A model generated the notes under the pieces. The model had not been told where the DNA came from, made no database searches, and saw only the letters and a program-made list of their open reading frames with translations. Below, in pieces: positions 23,690 to 36,749 of a DNA stretch of 64,000 nt. Origin of the DNA: Chiloscyllium plagiosum (Eukaryota). The DNA is taken from assembly GCF_004010195.1 (NCBI RefSeq), contig NC_057719.1, positions 12,625,969 through 12,689,968 of the forward strand, read 5' to 3'. The position numbers and the translations under genes are program-made. Every line of letters begins with the position of its first letter. Within the stretch, counting starts at the first letter, position 1.

Positions 23690-24580
23690 GTAGCAGAAGA
23701 GGCAAATAAGTGGCAGATGGAATTTAATATAGGAAGCATAAACTGATGTATTTTGATAAAAGGGATAAGGAGAGGCAATATAGTCTAAATGATACAGTTC
23801 ATAATAGTGTGCAGAGATACATGATCCAGGATGCATGTGCATAAATACTTAAAAGTGGCAGAGCATATTTGCAAAGTATACATCGACATAGAGCAGGAGT
23901 AGGCCATTCAGCCTGCTCCGCCATTCAGTATGATCATAGCTGATCCTCTATCTCAATGTTATATTTCTGCTTTACTCCCATACCCCTTGATGCCTTTAAA
24001 ATCAGAAAAAAACAAAAAAATTTGTCTATGGATCTTGTGTTTTATAATTGAAGCATTGAGTACAAAAGTGCTGAATCTTTGTAAAATTCTGTTAGGCCAG
24101 ATCTAAAATTATGAGTAACTTTGATTATCACATTTGAGGATGAAAGTTCTTAAGAGGGTGCAGAAGAGATTTACCAAAATGATTCTGGGAATGGGGGGGG
24201 GTTTTAGCTACAAGGTTATATTGGAGAAGCCAGACTTCTCCTTGGAGCAAAGGATATTGAGAAGAGATTTGACAGAAATCTACAAGATTGTGACAGGTTG
24301 GATAAGACAGATGAGAAGAAGCTATTTCCATTAGTTGATGATACAAGGGCAGATTTAAAGTTTTGACCAGTGGCAAAGGAAATATGTGAGAAAGAACGTT
24401 GCTACGCTAATAATGACTCAGAACGTGCTGGTTCGTCGAAGCAGGAACAATGAATGATTAGTAAAGGAAATTGGAAGAGAAAAACAGGGCTATGAGTGTA
24501 GAACTGGGGAATGTTCCACAGTGTTGACAAGGGCTCAGCAGGCTGAATGGCCTCCTTCTTCATCATAAATGACTCTCTGA
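23690..24580 (+). mobile_element. Decayed CR1 3' fragment
   Basis: ORF 24134-24334 (RVQKRFTKMI...RRDLTEIYKI) and tail ggctgaatggcctcct. Confidence 0.8.
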
Positions 24581-25939
24581 TTTCAGGGCATTGATGAGGA
24601 CTCCAGCCTTTGCTTGGAATTCCTGGTGAATATGGTTGTTTGACTGATCTCCACTGCTAGGCAATGGAACCCTTCCCACTTTTACCTCCAAGTATTTGCA
24701 TCAAGTGGTTAGAGTCAGTGATTGAATGGGAGCAAATGCTGGATTACTATTTGATATATATTTCAGTTTTGCTAAATAGGCACTCTTGCACCCTCTTTGA
24801 GTAAGATGGAAATGTAGCAGCATGTGATAGAATTTTATTGTAAATTGGTGAGGATTAGGAAATGGATTCTGACTGTCCGATTTCAGTAAAAGATCCAACT
24901 GAACTTTCTTTACAAAAAGAGTTCATGAATAAAGATAAAGCATCCAGAGAAGTCAGGACCTTTAGCAATATTCCTTATCTAGGTTCAGTAAAAATATGGT
25001 TATTTATTCATAGCCCTACCATGGAGCCATTTTCACTAGTCAGTGAGTTGGTAACTAGAAGACATTATTTTAAGGATATCAACAAAAGACTAAGGCATAA
25101 GTCAGGAAATGTTATAGTGTAAAAAGGTAATGGTGTTTGAGAATCATAATCATTTTTAAAAGAGAATTGGATGAACACTTTAAAAATTTAAAATTTTTAA
25201 ATTGACACCATTCTACTTTTATTCTGAGGCAGTGGAGAAACAGCAAATGTTGTAAATGTTTTGCATTTAGTTTTACTCCTGTTATTTAGTATTAATGACC
25301 TCCTAGATATAAGTGGTTTTCATGGTTTTCACGACTGTTTCTGGGTCACATCTTTAATGTGGTAAACTCAACCAGTGTTCAGTATGATAAGTTTTTGTCT
25401 GACATCATATAGAATTGTCTAGCACAGAAGGAGACCATTTATACCTACATTGATTCTTTGAGGGAGCTCCCTAGTTTGTCCACATCCCCATTCTGTCTCT
25501 ATAGTTCTGCAGATTTTCCCCTTTGAATATCTATCCAATTCCCTTCTGAAAGTTTTATTACTGACTCTGCTTTAACCACCCTCTCAGGCAGTGCAGTCCA
25601 GATCATAACAGTTCACTGTCAGAATTCCCCTAACTTCTCTCAATCTTTTGCCAAACATTGGTATAATGAAGAAGGTGCTGATGTTTTGATCTTCATGTAA
25701 TCTCACCATTTGGTTTTGTATTTGTACTTGTCTTTCTGATGAAAGAGGGTCTTTTAGATTAATAGAACCCACTGAAGTTTAATCAAAATAGACAGAATTG
25801 CAGAGAAATTACATTGTGGAAATTATCAACTCAGCCATAGACTTGTGTTGGTATTTGTCACACAATAGGAGGCCTAAACCCAGATGCCTCCCTGCTTCAA
25901 ATTTCCTTTATTCCCCATTTCCTGCAGCTACCAATCTAA

Positions 25940-26450
25940 TTTCCAGAAGGCATTTGATGTCACGTCAAAGGTTCTATTGCAAGGTAGGAGCTCATGGTTT
26001 GGGAGGAATATATTAGCATGGAGTGAGGATTAGTTGACACACAGAAGACAGAAAGGTGGAATAAATGGGTCATTTTCAGGTTAGAAAGACATAAATAGTT
26101 AGAAAGACAAAAATTGTGGAATCCCACAAGGGTCAGTCCAGGATCTGAAAGTATTTACTGTTTATGTTAATGACTTGGACAAGAGGACAGAGCGTAATGT
26201 ATCCAAATTTGCTGCTGGTATAAACATAAATAGAAGGGGCATTTTGTAATGAGGACACAAGGAATCTGCAAAGGGATACAGATAGGTGAGTAAGTGGGTA
26301 AAACGTGGCAGATAGTTTAATCTGGGGTAGTATGTGAGCTTACATTTTCGTCGGAAGGACCAAAGGGCAGATTATTATTTAAATTGAGAGAGACTTTAAA
26401 TAGTGCAGTGCAGAGGGATCTGGTTGTTTTTGTGCATAAAACACAATGTT
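25940..26450 (+). mobile_element. Decayed CR1 RT fragment
   Basis: Remnants of GIPQGSV and SKFA(D)D codons (tccaaatttgctgctggta). Confidence 0.7.
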
Positions 26451-29400
26451 AGTATGAACTAATCCCCAAAGACTTTAGGAGGTGAAATTCCTCCTGCCTT
26501 TAATTTTAATAAAGTATCAAATGGTCATGCAAAATATAAAATTCTATTTTGTATTCACACTAACCATTTTGATGTAGCTATTGAAAAGCGTGTGTCCCCT
26601 GACCTGTCAGTTCGTTCTTGTGTTTAAAAGAGGATTGGAAGGCTAATAGAACATTAGAAAATGCTGTTGCTTGTCATAAAATGTGTATTCTGTTAGCAAC
26701 AGGCAAGTAGGCAGAACAGATAATCTTCCTGTAATGTCAGTTGTCATCTCTGTTTATTGGAACAAGGGAGGGGCACTTCAGAATTATGTCAGGAACTGAA
26801 TACATATTCTCCCTCTTTTCCAACAGAACAACACCATTTAACTTGTATTTATGCTGACAATGCTGTTTCCCAGTAATGGATACAGATTATGATTTATAGC
26901 AATTTCATCACAATCCTTGTGAAATCATCTATTATCTACATAATGTGCATTGTACATTGTCATTTTCTATGACAGTCCTTTGTGAAGTGAAGGGAGGGGT
27001 AACAACATAATAATCTTCCATCTTACCATCTCCAATGAAACAAGGAAAATATCTTTCTAAGATTTTTTGTGTCTTTAGATTTCCTGTTGTCCTTTTACGG
27101 AACAAAGATGGGGCTTACTCCATTATCCCCATGGGTGATAGTTTTCTGCAGCCACGGTCCCAGAATAGAATGCAGTGAAAGAATAGAACTATTTAAAATC
27201 AAAACTTGTCTAATGCCTGTCTATAGTGAGACTAATTTATGACAATAGCACCTTGCATTTGTATAGCCCCTTAGTGCAATATTGGGCCAGATAGGCAAAA
27301 GGCACATCAGCAAGGTAAGTTTCAGGAGTTTCTTAAAAGGGGGAGGCGGGGAAAAGCAGAGGGACAAAGGGATGGAATTTCACACTTGAGGGCCTATGCA
27401 GCTGAGGGCACCTCTCCTCACCTGCCACCCCAATGATAGAATGCTTAAAATTCTGAATGAAGGCATAAATGAGGGATTTTGTGGAAGATAATGTGAAGTA
27501 AAGTCAAATCCAGGAGTTGTTATGGAGTTAGGAGTAGGTGATCTTAATGCTTAGTTAAATTTGGCATGTGCTGTAACTGGTTTCAGAGTGGCAGCAGCAG
27601 AGGTCTGTGAATAGATTCCTCTTTTATCCAGTATTGCCAAAATGGAAAACTGAGAATAAGTAGTATAGAAATCTAGATTTATTGGGTAGTAACTGATGCG
27701 CTTTCTTGTCTTAATTAATCTAACAATTCATAGCATTCCATCAAGGTGGTAGAGTTATTCTTGCTTTTATTAGTCTCAGTTACAAATTTGCTCATGCAGA
27801 CACGCATGGGCATCATGCTAGTGAATTCTTGCAGATATCACTTAAAGTGATCGAGATTGTAGTTACTTGTACCATCAGCTCAGATTTGCACTTGACTGCA
27901 TATCAAGCTAGCGTCAAGTGCACTGAGGGCCCATTTAAGTGATGCTGATTAAAACATGAGGGTCCCCTGTGCCTGCGCAGCTGCTGTGCCGCTGGTGGCT
28001 CCTGCCACTCGAAACTCAAATAATTACATGAATCCCCAGTAGGATTGATGGGTTTCAGTGAGCACGTGGCACATCTGTTACGCTCTGCCTAATGAATTGT
28101 TCTGCAGGAAGAGGTTGCAGCTTGTCATCACAGCTCCTTGTCCCTCAGGGGCCTTCTGCTTGTTTTCTAACTAATGTTATTTATAGTAATTGAATTCAGA
28201 TTACTCTCCTGGGTCTTGTGAATACATTGATAGTTAAACACTTGTTGGTTTTGGCTAGATTCTGTTTTAAGAAATTCTGAGAAGGTTTTAATAGAGCCAA
28301 GTGGCAATTGGCTTGAGCTGTCAGACCACAGGTTTTGAATAATTGTGACCTGCAACATTAAAATATTTTTAAATCAAGCAATTTATCATTTATATTGGAT
28401 CCAAATTGCTTGTGTGAAATTTTCAGCCAAGTATTTTGTATGCTGAAACCGCCATCTTGAGATGGGATGTGGATGCTGCAACATGCGAGGAATCATAAAG
28501 TTATTTCAAGATAATTAATTGAATAGTAATATTGCAAAACCACCCTTTCTCCTCTCTCCTTATGTTTTCAAAAATAGGACAGAATAGCATACAATTGAAT
28601 TCTAAGCCTTTCCATGACTGGATGAGAAGACTACATTGTGCTTCTGTATACATCTGCTATTTAAAAAAACAACACTCTTGGTTATGGTTCATTAATTCTT
28701 CATTCCAAAATTCTGAGAGTGGCCACCTCAGTTATGCTGGTTAGTTTAGCCTGAACTGGTGTCTGAAGATGTATGGAAGAGACAAAGTATTGAAGAAATA
28801 AGAATGAGTGGATTCCTTGCATAAAAACTAAACATTTGAAGTTCAGAATTGAAGAGACTAGAAGTAAAAGGTAAAGTTACCATAATCCTACTGGACTCAT
28901 AGGGCCACTCCTGTCATTAAAGACATCTGACGGTCACCATGGAGATTAGGAGAGAGACTGAGAAAGAGAGTCTTTCATGGTAACCTCAGCTGGTGCAAGA
29001 ATTGAACCCATGCTGTTAGCATCATGCTGCATCGCAGACCAGCCATTCCACTAAGCGAGATAACTGATCTTTGACCAAAAATAGGGAGTCTCCCATTCAG
29101 AAATGAGATGAGGATTTGTTTCTGAAGGTGATGAATATTTGGGACACTCCTCCCCAGAGAGCGGTGGAGGTAGGGTTATTTAATATATTTAAGGCAGAGG
29201 TAGATATATTCTTGACTTATAAAAAAGTCTGTAATTTCTGGAGCTAGGCAGAATGTGGAGTTATGTCCAGGATCGGATCAGCCACGATCATCAGTTCTAC
29301 TGGCCTGACCCTGCTCTTAATTCAAGTTTGTAAATTTAAGTTCAGCGCTGCTGCAGACATAATTCTGAATCACAATAGGGTACTTCAAGTAACACAATAG

Positions 29401-31084
29401 AGTCAGTCAGGGGTTAGAAAGATCAGGTGATTTTTTTTTCAAACACTGGTTATCAGTGCAGTCTATAAAGAACTAATCCTAGTGTTGTGGTTGTTCATCT
29501 CTACAACAGTGTCTTTCTCCAGCTGACACTTTAAGTGCATGGATATATTTTGCTGATGGCTGAATCAAATCTGAATAAAAGTTGAAAAAGTTATTTGTAT
29601 AGTGGAAGACTTTTTCTCACACACAAGCCTTCTGATACTACATGCACCAATGAAAGGGATGTCAGTCCAGGAAATATGGGAAAGTGGAGACTGACATGCC
29701 AATCACAAGCATATAATGCTGCAAAATGCTGGAATTCACAATAGAGTTCATTAACTTTTCTGTTTATATCTATGGAATTAACTGAAACTGCATTATATGG
29801 AAGATAATACAGACAGGAGAGGATAACAAATGCTGAATTGTTTGTGTTACATGGAAGATAATATACCAGCTGGATGTTGTCCTGGACTATTATGATAAGG
29901 AGTGAGATGGTAGCATAAACCATAAGAATTTTGAGCAGCTTATTTGTGCCATCTGAACTTCAAAGAATGTTACCTTCTTCACCATTTTATGTAGGAATGT
30001 AACACATTTTGCACTCCTTTTATCTGATTACAATGTGCCTTCTGCAACCTTTCATCTCAAAGTTGCAACTTTAGATCAGAATTGTTTTTGAGATGCAATA
30101 TAGACAACAGAATTTAGGAAGTCAAAGTTTTTGGCATGGAATGGTGCATCTTGCAGTGAACAGTCATCCTTCAGATTGTGTTGCAAATTACAGGAAATGT
30201 AAATGAGTAATGGTTCAATGTTGTCACTAATGACATCTGGGACCTTGCAAATATTATGCCCAATAGTCAATGTCCTTAACCAATAAAACCAAAGTATAGA
30301 GAACAAAATAGAGCAATGAATGGAGAGAGGTATATGTCAAATTAGGTGCAGAAAGGAATGGATTATTACATATAAACAAAACACATCAAGAAGGTAAAGT
30401 AGGAATATTTTTACAAAATTACCAAAAATGTTGCATGATTGGGAATTTTAGTAAGTGAGAACTGCATATCAGATAGATACGTGTAATGTACTAACATAAT
30501 GTGGAGAACCAATGGCCCTGTTCATCATTTTGCGAACAGTGCAACTGCTTTCATAAGCACATAGCAATTGTTAGATGAAAAAAGACTATGGTATGTGAGG
30601 TTGAACTTCCACTATCTTAGTGATCACATGACACAATGATAATGATTTTATTTACTAATCTATCAATTGGTCTGGAAGTGAAAAGAGCAAAACACCAGTA
30701 GTAGAATGTTTTGGGAATTATAGATTGCAAATCATCCTTTTTATTTCCAACTACATTGTACAAACCACGACATGTCCCAAATTGCACAAACTGTATCTTC
30801 TATAGATTTATTTCTGAAAATAAATTTAATTTCCATTTCTGAATATTGAAACCACTTTGCATCCTGAAATTTATTGCTACACAATGTTAACAAGATTGGC
30901 AAGACTGGAACAAAAATACCACTAAGTCAGATGAAAAAGCCTTGAAAACCTGAAGGAACAATTCATTATTTGCTAGATTGAGACACTAGTGCTTCATTGT
31001 TCCCTTCTGGACTGCCTAATTTCAGTGTCATTCCTGGGACATAAATCATGACATTTACTGGGGTCCTAGGACATAATATACCAG

Positions 31085-31260
31085 CTAGAAAAAAGTGAGG
31101 ACTGCAGATGCTGGAGAGTCAGAGTTGAAAATGGCGCTGGAAAAGCACAGCAGTCAGCAGCATCCAAGGAGCGGAAGAGTTGATGTTTCAGGCATAAGCC
31201 CTTCATCAGGTATATGGAGGGGGAAGGGGCCTGAGAGATAAAAAGGGGGGTAGGGATGGG
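31085..31260 (-). mobile_element. PLE-derived short element with minus-strand hammerhead-like core
   Basis: Reverse complement of 31178-31210 reads cCTGATGAagggcttatgcctGAAAcaTCaac. Confidence 0.8.
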
Positions 31261-32799
31261 GCAAGATTATTACCTTGTCACTCATTTGGATGTGGGCAAA
31301 GCCCGGCCCATCCCTAATCTGCTCTTAAGGAGGTGGTACTGTCTCCTTGAACCACTGCAATCCATATTGGGTAGGTACATGTCCAGTGCTGTTAGGGAAG
31401 CAGTTGCCTGGATTTTGATTCATTTTGACATTACTTTGTGTTAATAATGCAAGTTCGACAGTTTCATGACACACTATGTATTTCAGCGAAGAGGCTCACA
31501 GCACAGTTACAATTTCCCCATTTTTTGAGGTTCATGGCACGACCATTCTGTTTATGGAGGCTCAGAAATTGTGGGGTTTTTTTGTTGTCACACATTGCTG
31601 GATTAGTTGCAAACCAATAATGATACTATTTTCCTATTCTGTGAATTTCTCCAAAGTTTATTATACACATTCCTCTAATTGTTTTTTAGAAATTGGTTAG
31701 AAACCTGTGTGGACATGTTGTGTCTGTCTTGCTACTGTACTCTTGAGTTTGACCTCCAGTTAGAGGAAGTGGTCAATGAGCAGATTTCATGATTTTAAGT
31801 CACCCAGAATGCAAATTAAATGGCTAAGAGGATCAGCTATTTGTGAGGATTTTATCTACTCTGCTTAACTTTCCACCACAAGCATTTAACAGTTTGTCAT
31901 ATATTTTAAAAAATCCTTTTTATTTTTCTGTAGAGAATCAGATTAGAAAAAGGAGAAGCTGATAGTTAAGAGGATTAACTGAGGAATGAATGTGGTTTGA
32001 TCTGAAATGGGTTCATTAGATTCCTGATTTCTTTTTGTGAATTTGTGTCTCTGGCTTCCTAATGAAGCTGTTTAGAAATAAATCACCTATTTGAATGTCG
32101 GTCAGCCTGCTAGGCATTATAACATAGAGGGAATTCAGTGCTGTTATTTAGTGAAGTCCTTTGTTTGATCAATTTTATCTCAGTTTTAGCTGATTTGGAC
32201 TGTGTTTTTTGATTATAATTTCTATCTACAGTTGTAGGAGGGACCTAATAATGAGCTCGTGCAAACACGTGCACACAAATGATTATTTTTGAACTCCTAG
32301 CCTTTTCTCTGCTCATTTCATGTTGGAGATGTATTTTGTAAGCATGGACATTTCTACAATCTCAATATTTGTAATTATTATATAAACAAATGTAAGTAAC
32401 CTGGTTGTACCTCAAAACAGTATGATAAGCTGTAATTGTTTTAGAAGATGAATAAAAGTTAAGATATTTGAATCATCTATTTGTTTGCATCTGATTGAGA
32501 ACCCCAGATTGTTATTTTATGACAGTTACGTATAGGTACAGCAGAGCAAAACAATGGAGATGGTTCTATCTATGTTGTTTTTAAACAAAACTTGCATTTC
32601 TTAATCTACTTTATTTTATTTAGGTATGCCTGTGCTATGAAATGAAATGCCTTTCTATGCAGTATCAGTATTTCCAGAACTCTCTATACTGAATGAAGAG
32701 TAAAGATTGAGACTAATGCTCCTTTCCCTTGGCCTTCTGGCACATAAGAGCAACATAAAAATGCCAACCTCTGTAATTTACTTTTTCAATTTCTCACAC

Positions 32800-33787
32800 T
32801 AGGCACCAAATTGACTCTTCTGCCAATTGGCCCACTTTTGTTTGTCATTTATATAAACAACTTGGATGACAAAAGAAGAAGCATGGTTAGTAATTTTGCA
32901 AATGACACCAAAATTGGTGCTATAATGGACAGGGGAGAAGGTCTTATTGAAGAGTACAGCGGGATCTTGGATCAGCTGGACCACTTAGCCAAGAAGTGGC
33001 CGACGGAGTTTAACTTAGATAAATGCAAGGTATTGCATTTTGGTAAGTCAGCCAGGCAGGAATTGGACAGTTATTGTTATGATCATGGTGAGTGTTATCG
33101 AACAGAGAGACCTAGGAATTCAGGTACATAATTCCTTGCAAGTGGCGTCACAGGTAGACAGGCTTCATTGGTCAGAGCATTGAGTATCAGAATTGGAAAG
33201 TGCTGTTGCGCCTGTATAGGACATTGGTGAGGCCACATTTGGAGTACTGTGTACGGTTTTGGTTGCCCTTTATTGGAAGGATATTATTAAATTGGAAAGG
33301 ATGCAGTAAAGATTGACAAGAATGTTACTCACACTGGAGGGTCTGAGTTATAAGGAGAGGCTGGATATGCTGGTACCTTTTTCCCCTGGAGTGTCGGCGA
33401 TTGAGCGGTGATCTTATAGATGTTTATAAAATCATGAGGGGTCAGGTGAATATCAAAGTTTTTTTTCACCCCAAAATAGAGGAGTCCAGAACTAGAGGGC
33501 ATAAGTTTAAGGTGAGAGGAGAAATATCTAAGGGGCAACTTGAGGGGCAACCTTTTACACAGAGGGTGATGCATATATGGAATGAACTGCCAGAAGAAGT
33601 GGTAGATGAGGTACAATTATAATATTTAAAAGACATTTTGACAGATACATAAAAAGGAAAGGTTTAGAGGGATATGGGACAAAGTCAGGCGAATGGAATA
33701 GTTTGGTTTGGGGAAGACTAGTCAGCATGACAAGTTGGACTGAACGATCTGTTTCCGTGCTGTATGACCCTATGGCTATATGACTCT
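32800..33787 (+). mobile_element. CR1 RT/3' fragment
   Basis: ORFs 32811-33131 and 33401-33622; (tatgac/tatggc)-type tail. Confidence 0.9.
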
Positions 33788-33829
33788 AGCATTAAATAGT
33801 GGGTGGCTGAATCCACTGAATAGTGTCAA

Positions 33830-34225
33830 TGATGGCATAGTTAGTAGCACTATGCTTCTGAACCAAATGGTTGCTGGTTCAAGGCATTCTCCAATGAACT
33901 GAACACAAATGTTTGAATTTATATTTCAATGCAGTACTGAAGGAGATATCATGAAGAGAGTTTCATCGGTCCATTTGGGGAGGTGCAAAAGATCTAATGC
34001 TATTTTGAAGTAGAGCAAGTGATAATCTCCCAGTACCTCATCCAGTATTTATTTCTTAATTAATATTATTAGAACTTTATCTGACAATGATCTTATTGAT
34101 GTTTATAAGTGCTACCTGTGTGCTAACTGACTACCATGTTTTCTATGTGTCTGCACTTCAAAAACACTTCATTAGCTTCAAAACACTTTACATCCACTGA
34201 AGTTGTGAAAGATGCAATATAAGTG
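33830..34225 (+). mobile_element. Ancient tRNA-headed SINE with Deu-like core and L2-like tail (SacSINE1/DeuSINE-like)
   Basis: Head tggcatagttagtagcac...ggttcaag, then gcagtactgaaggag, core aaaagatctaatgctattttgaagtagagca, and tail gttgtgaaagatgcaatataag. Family assignment is from memory. Confidence 0.55.
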
Positions 34226-34450
34226 ATTACCTTCTCCCATTCTTTGATGCAGGGTGCCTATAGACATGAGAAAGAGAGTTTTATTTCACCAGTCTCAGTA
34301 AATTTAAAATCATATCTAAGAAGTGAAAAGGTAGAATATGAACTCATTTGATCGGCTTTCCCAAAACACTTCAAATGATAACTGCTGCTTATTATTGTTT
34401 TCCCAAAATAAGCAGCTGTACACTCAGACCAGATAAGTTCAGTATTTTCC

Positions 34451-34622
34451 TTGTTGGAGTGGTATTAGAATCACCATAATTGAAATTGGTTAGTTTGAGG
34501 GAGGGTGGAATGGAGTGGGGCTCCTGTCCCCAGTTGTTGTTGGAGTGGTATTAGAATCACCATAATTGAAATTGGTTAGTTTGAGGGAGGGTGGAATGGA
34601 GTGGGGCTCCTGTCCCCAGTTG
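34451..34622. repeat. Perfect 86-bp tandem duplication
   Basis: 34451-34536 and 34537-34622 read identically. Confidence 0.95.
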
Positions 34623-34944
34623 CAGTTTAGATGCCTATTGGAAATGATTTTTTGTATGCCAGGTTCAGACAGGACTAGGTTTCAAGAAAGTGGCTTTCAG
34701 TGATCAAATTTCTTACCATCATTTAAGAATGACGAGCATTCTAATAGCCAGGCGGATAAGATATCTGAGCCTTATTGGCACCTAGAGAATATAACCTGAC
34801 AAGGATTCACTGTTTTGGGGGTGAATGGATGGGATTCTGTTCACCCCCAAAACTGTGGAGAGGTTGCAAGCTGTTGGAGAAGTACCTACATCCTAATGAA
34901 ATTTAGGATCTTCTATAAAAATGCTCACCCACATTCTATTTCTA

Positions 34945-35930
34945 CAAGAACTGGCTGAAGGTAGAAGACAGAGGGTGGTGGTGGAGGGTTGTTTTTCAGA
35001 CTGGAGGTCTGTGACCAATGGAGTGCACAAAGATTGGTGCTGGGTCCATTACTTTTCATCATTTATATAAATGATTTGGATGTGAGCATAAGAGGTATAG
35101 TTAATAAATTTGCAGATGACACCAAAATTGGAGGTGCAGTGGACAGCAAAGAAGGTTACCTCAGATTACAACGGGATCTTGATCAGATGGGCCATTGGGC
35201 TGAGGAGTGGCAGATGGAGTTAATTTAGATAAAGGTAAGCTGCTGCATTTTGGGAAAGCAAACCTTAGCAGAATTTATACACTTAATGGTAAGGTCCTAG
35301 GGAGTGTTGTTGAACAAAGAGACCTTGGAGTGCAGGTTCATAGCTCCTTGAAAGTAGAGTCGCAGGTAGATAGATAGTGAAGAAGGCATTTGGTATGCTT
35401 TCCTTTATTGGTCAGAGTATTGAGTACAGGAGTTGGGAGGTCATCTTGCGGCTGTACAGGACATTGGTTAGGCCACTGTTGGAATATTGTGTGCAATTCT
35501 GGTCTCCCTCCTATCAGAATAATGTTGCGAAACTTGAAAGGGTTCAGAAAAGATTTGCAGGGATGTTGCCAGTGTTGGAGGATTTGACCTGTACGGAGAG
35601 GTTGAATAGGCTGGAGCTATTTTCCCTGGAATGTTGGAGGCTGAGGGGTGACCTCATAGAGATTTATAAAATCATGAGGAGCATGGATAGGATAAATAGC
35701 CAAAGTATTTTCCCTGGGGTGGGGGAGTCCAGAATTAGAGGGCATAGGTTTAGGATGAGAGGGGAAAGATATCTAGACGGGTATATGAATAGGAATGGCT
35801 TGGAGGGATATGGGCCAACTGCTGGCAAGTAGATCTAGATTAGGTTGGGATATCTGGTTAGTGTGGACAAGTTGGACAAAAGGGTCTGTTTCAGTGCTGT
35901 ACATCTCTGTTTCTATGTCTCTATGACCCT
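34945..35930 (+). mobile_element. CR1 RT/3' fragment
   Basis: ORFs 34989-35228 (KFADDTKIGG) and 35377-35832. Confidence 0.92.
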
Positions 35931-36749
35931 AAGCAGAAAGGCACTATCACTGGAATGGGCTAGTGCTGAACATAATGTGATCCTGAATGTCAAGATTGCT
36001 ATGCAGGAATGGAAATGACAATATGGTGGAGAGGGACTCATTAAATCCAAGTAAATTCTTGCTGTCCGACAAACCCACAACACACCCAGATGGTCTTTTT
36101 GCTTGGATAAACAGTAATAGCTTGTCGCAGGAGTTTTCTTTATTAATATTTTACAGGGCGATTTAGGTTGAAAGTGTTAACACATTGCTGAAGGTTCAGC
36201 TGACAATTTTTTTGCCATTGTGTTCGAGCTCAGCTCATGTTGGTGGAGGATTAAAAATGATCACTGTGTCAATGAGCTATGCTGGGAAGTGCATGTTTGT
36301 TTGGGCTCAGCCGTGAGTTCATCCTCAGTGACAGTTATGATATCTAAAGTGTGACTTGTGCTAGAAGAAATTTATCCTCACATCATCAACATCTTCAGCT
36401 GAACTTCTTTTTAACACTCCTGTTAAAAACATTCGGCCAAAGTTATAAACTCTTAGCATAAGAGCTGGGATTAAAGAGTTAAGTTAGGAAAAACTTCTTT
36501 CACTTGTGAGGAAGAAGTGTGGAACCTAAAGCAGTAGATTCTCACTCAGTAAATAATTTGAAGTCTGGGAACAATACTTTTTTTTGCTAATTAAAGATGT
36601 TAAAGGATATTAAGCCAAGCCAGGTGGAAGGAACTACAAATCAGGTAACATTGCAATGAATGGTTAAATAAGCTTAGGGGAAAGTGGAAGAATACAGTAT
36701 TCCTAATCCTATGTTGCTATAATAGCGATGCATAAAAAGAGTCATACAA

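Noticed and set aside
28449..28465. YY1-like ccgccatctt and short palindrome ccatct-tg-agatgg as an internal promoter
   Set aside because: Isolated motif with no CpG island or other promoter features.
29591..31050. 110-aa minus ORF and surrounding unique sequence as a nested gene or transposase fossil
   Set aside because: No recognisable domain or splice structure, and composition fits AT-rich noise. Unsupported without a search.
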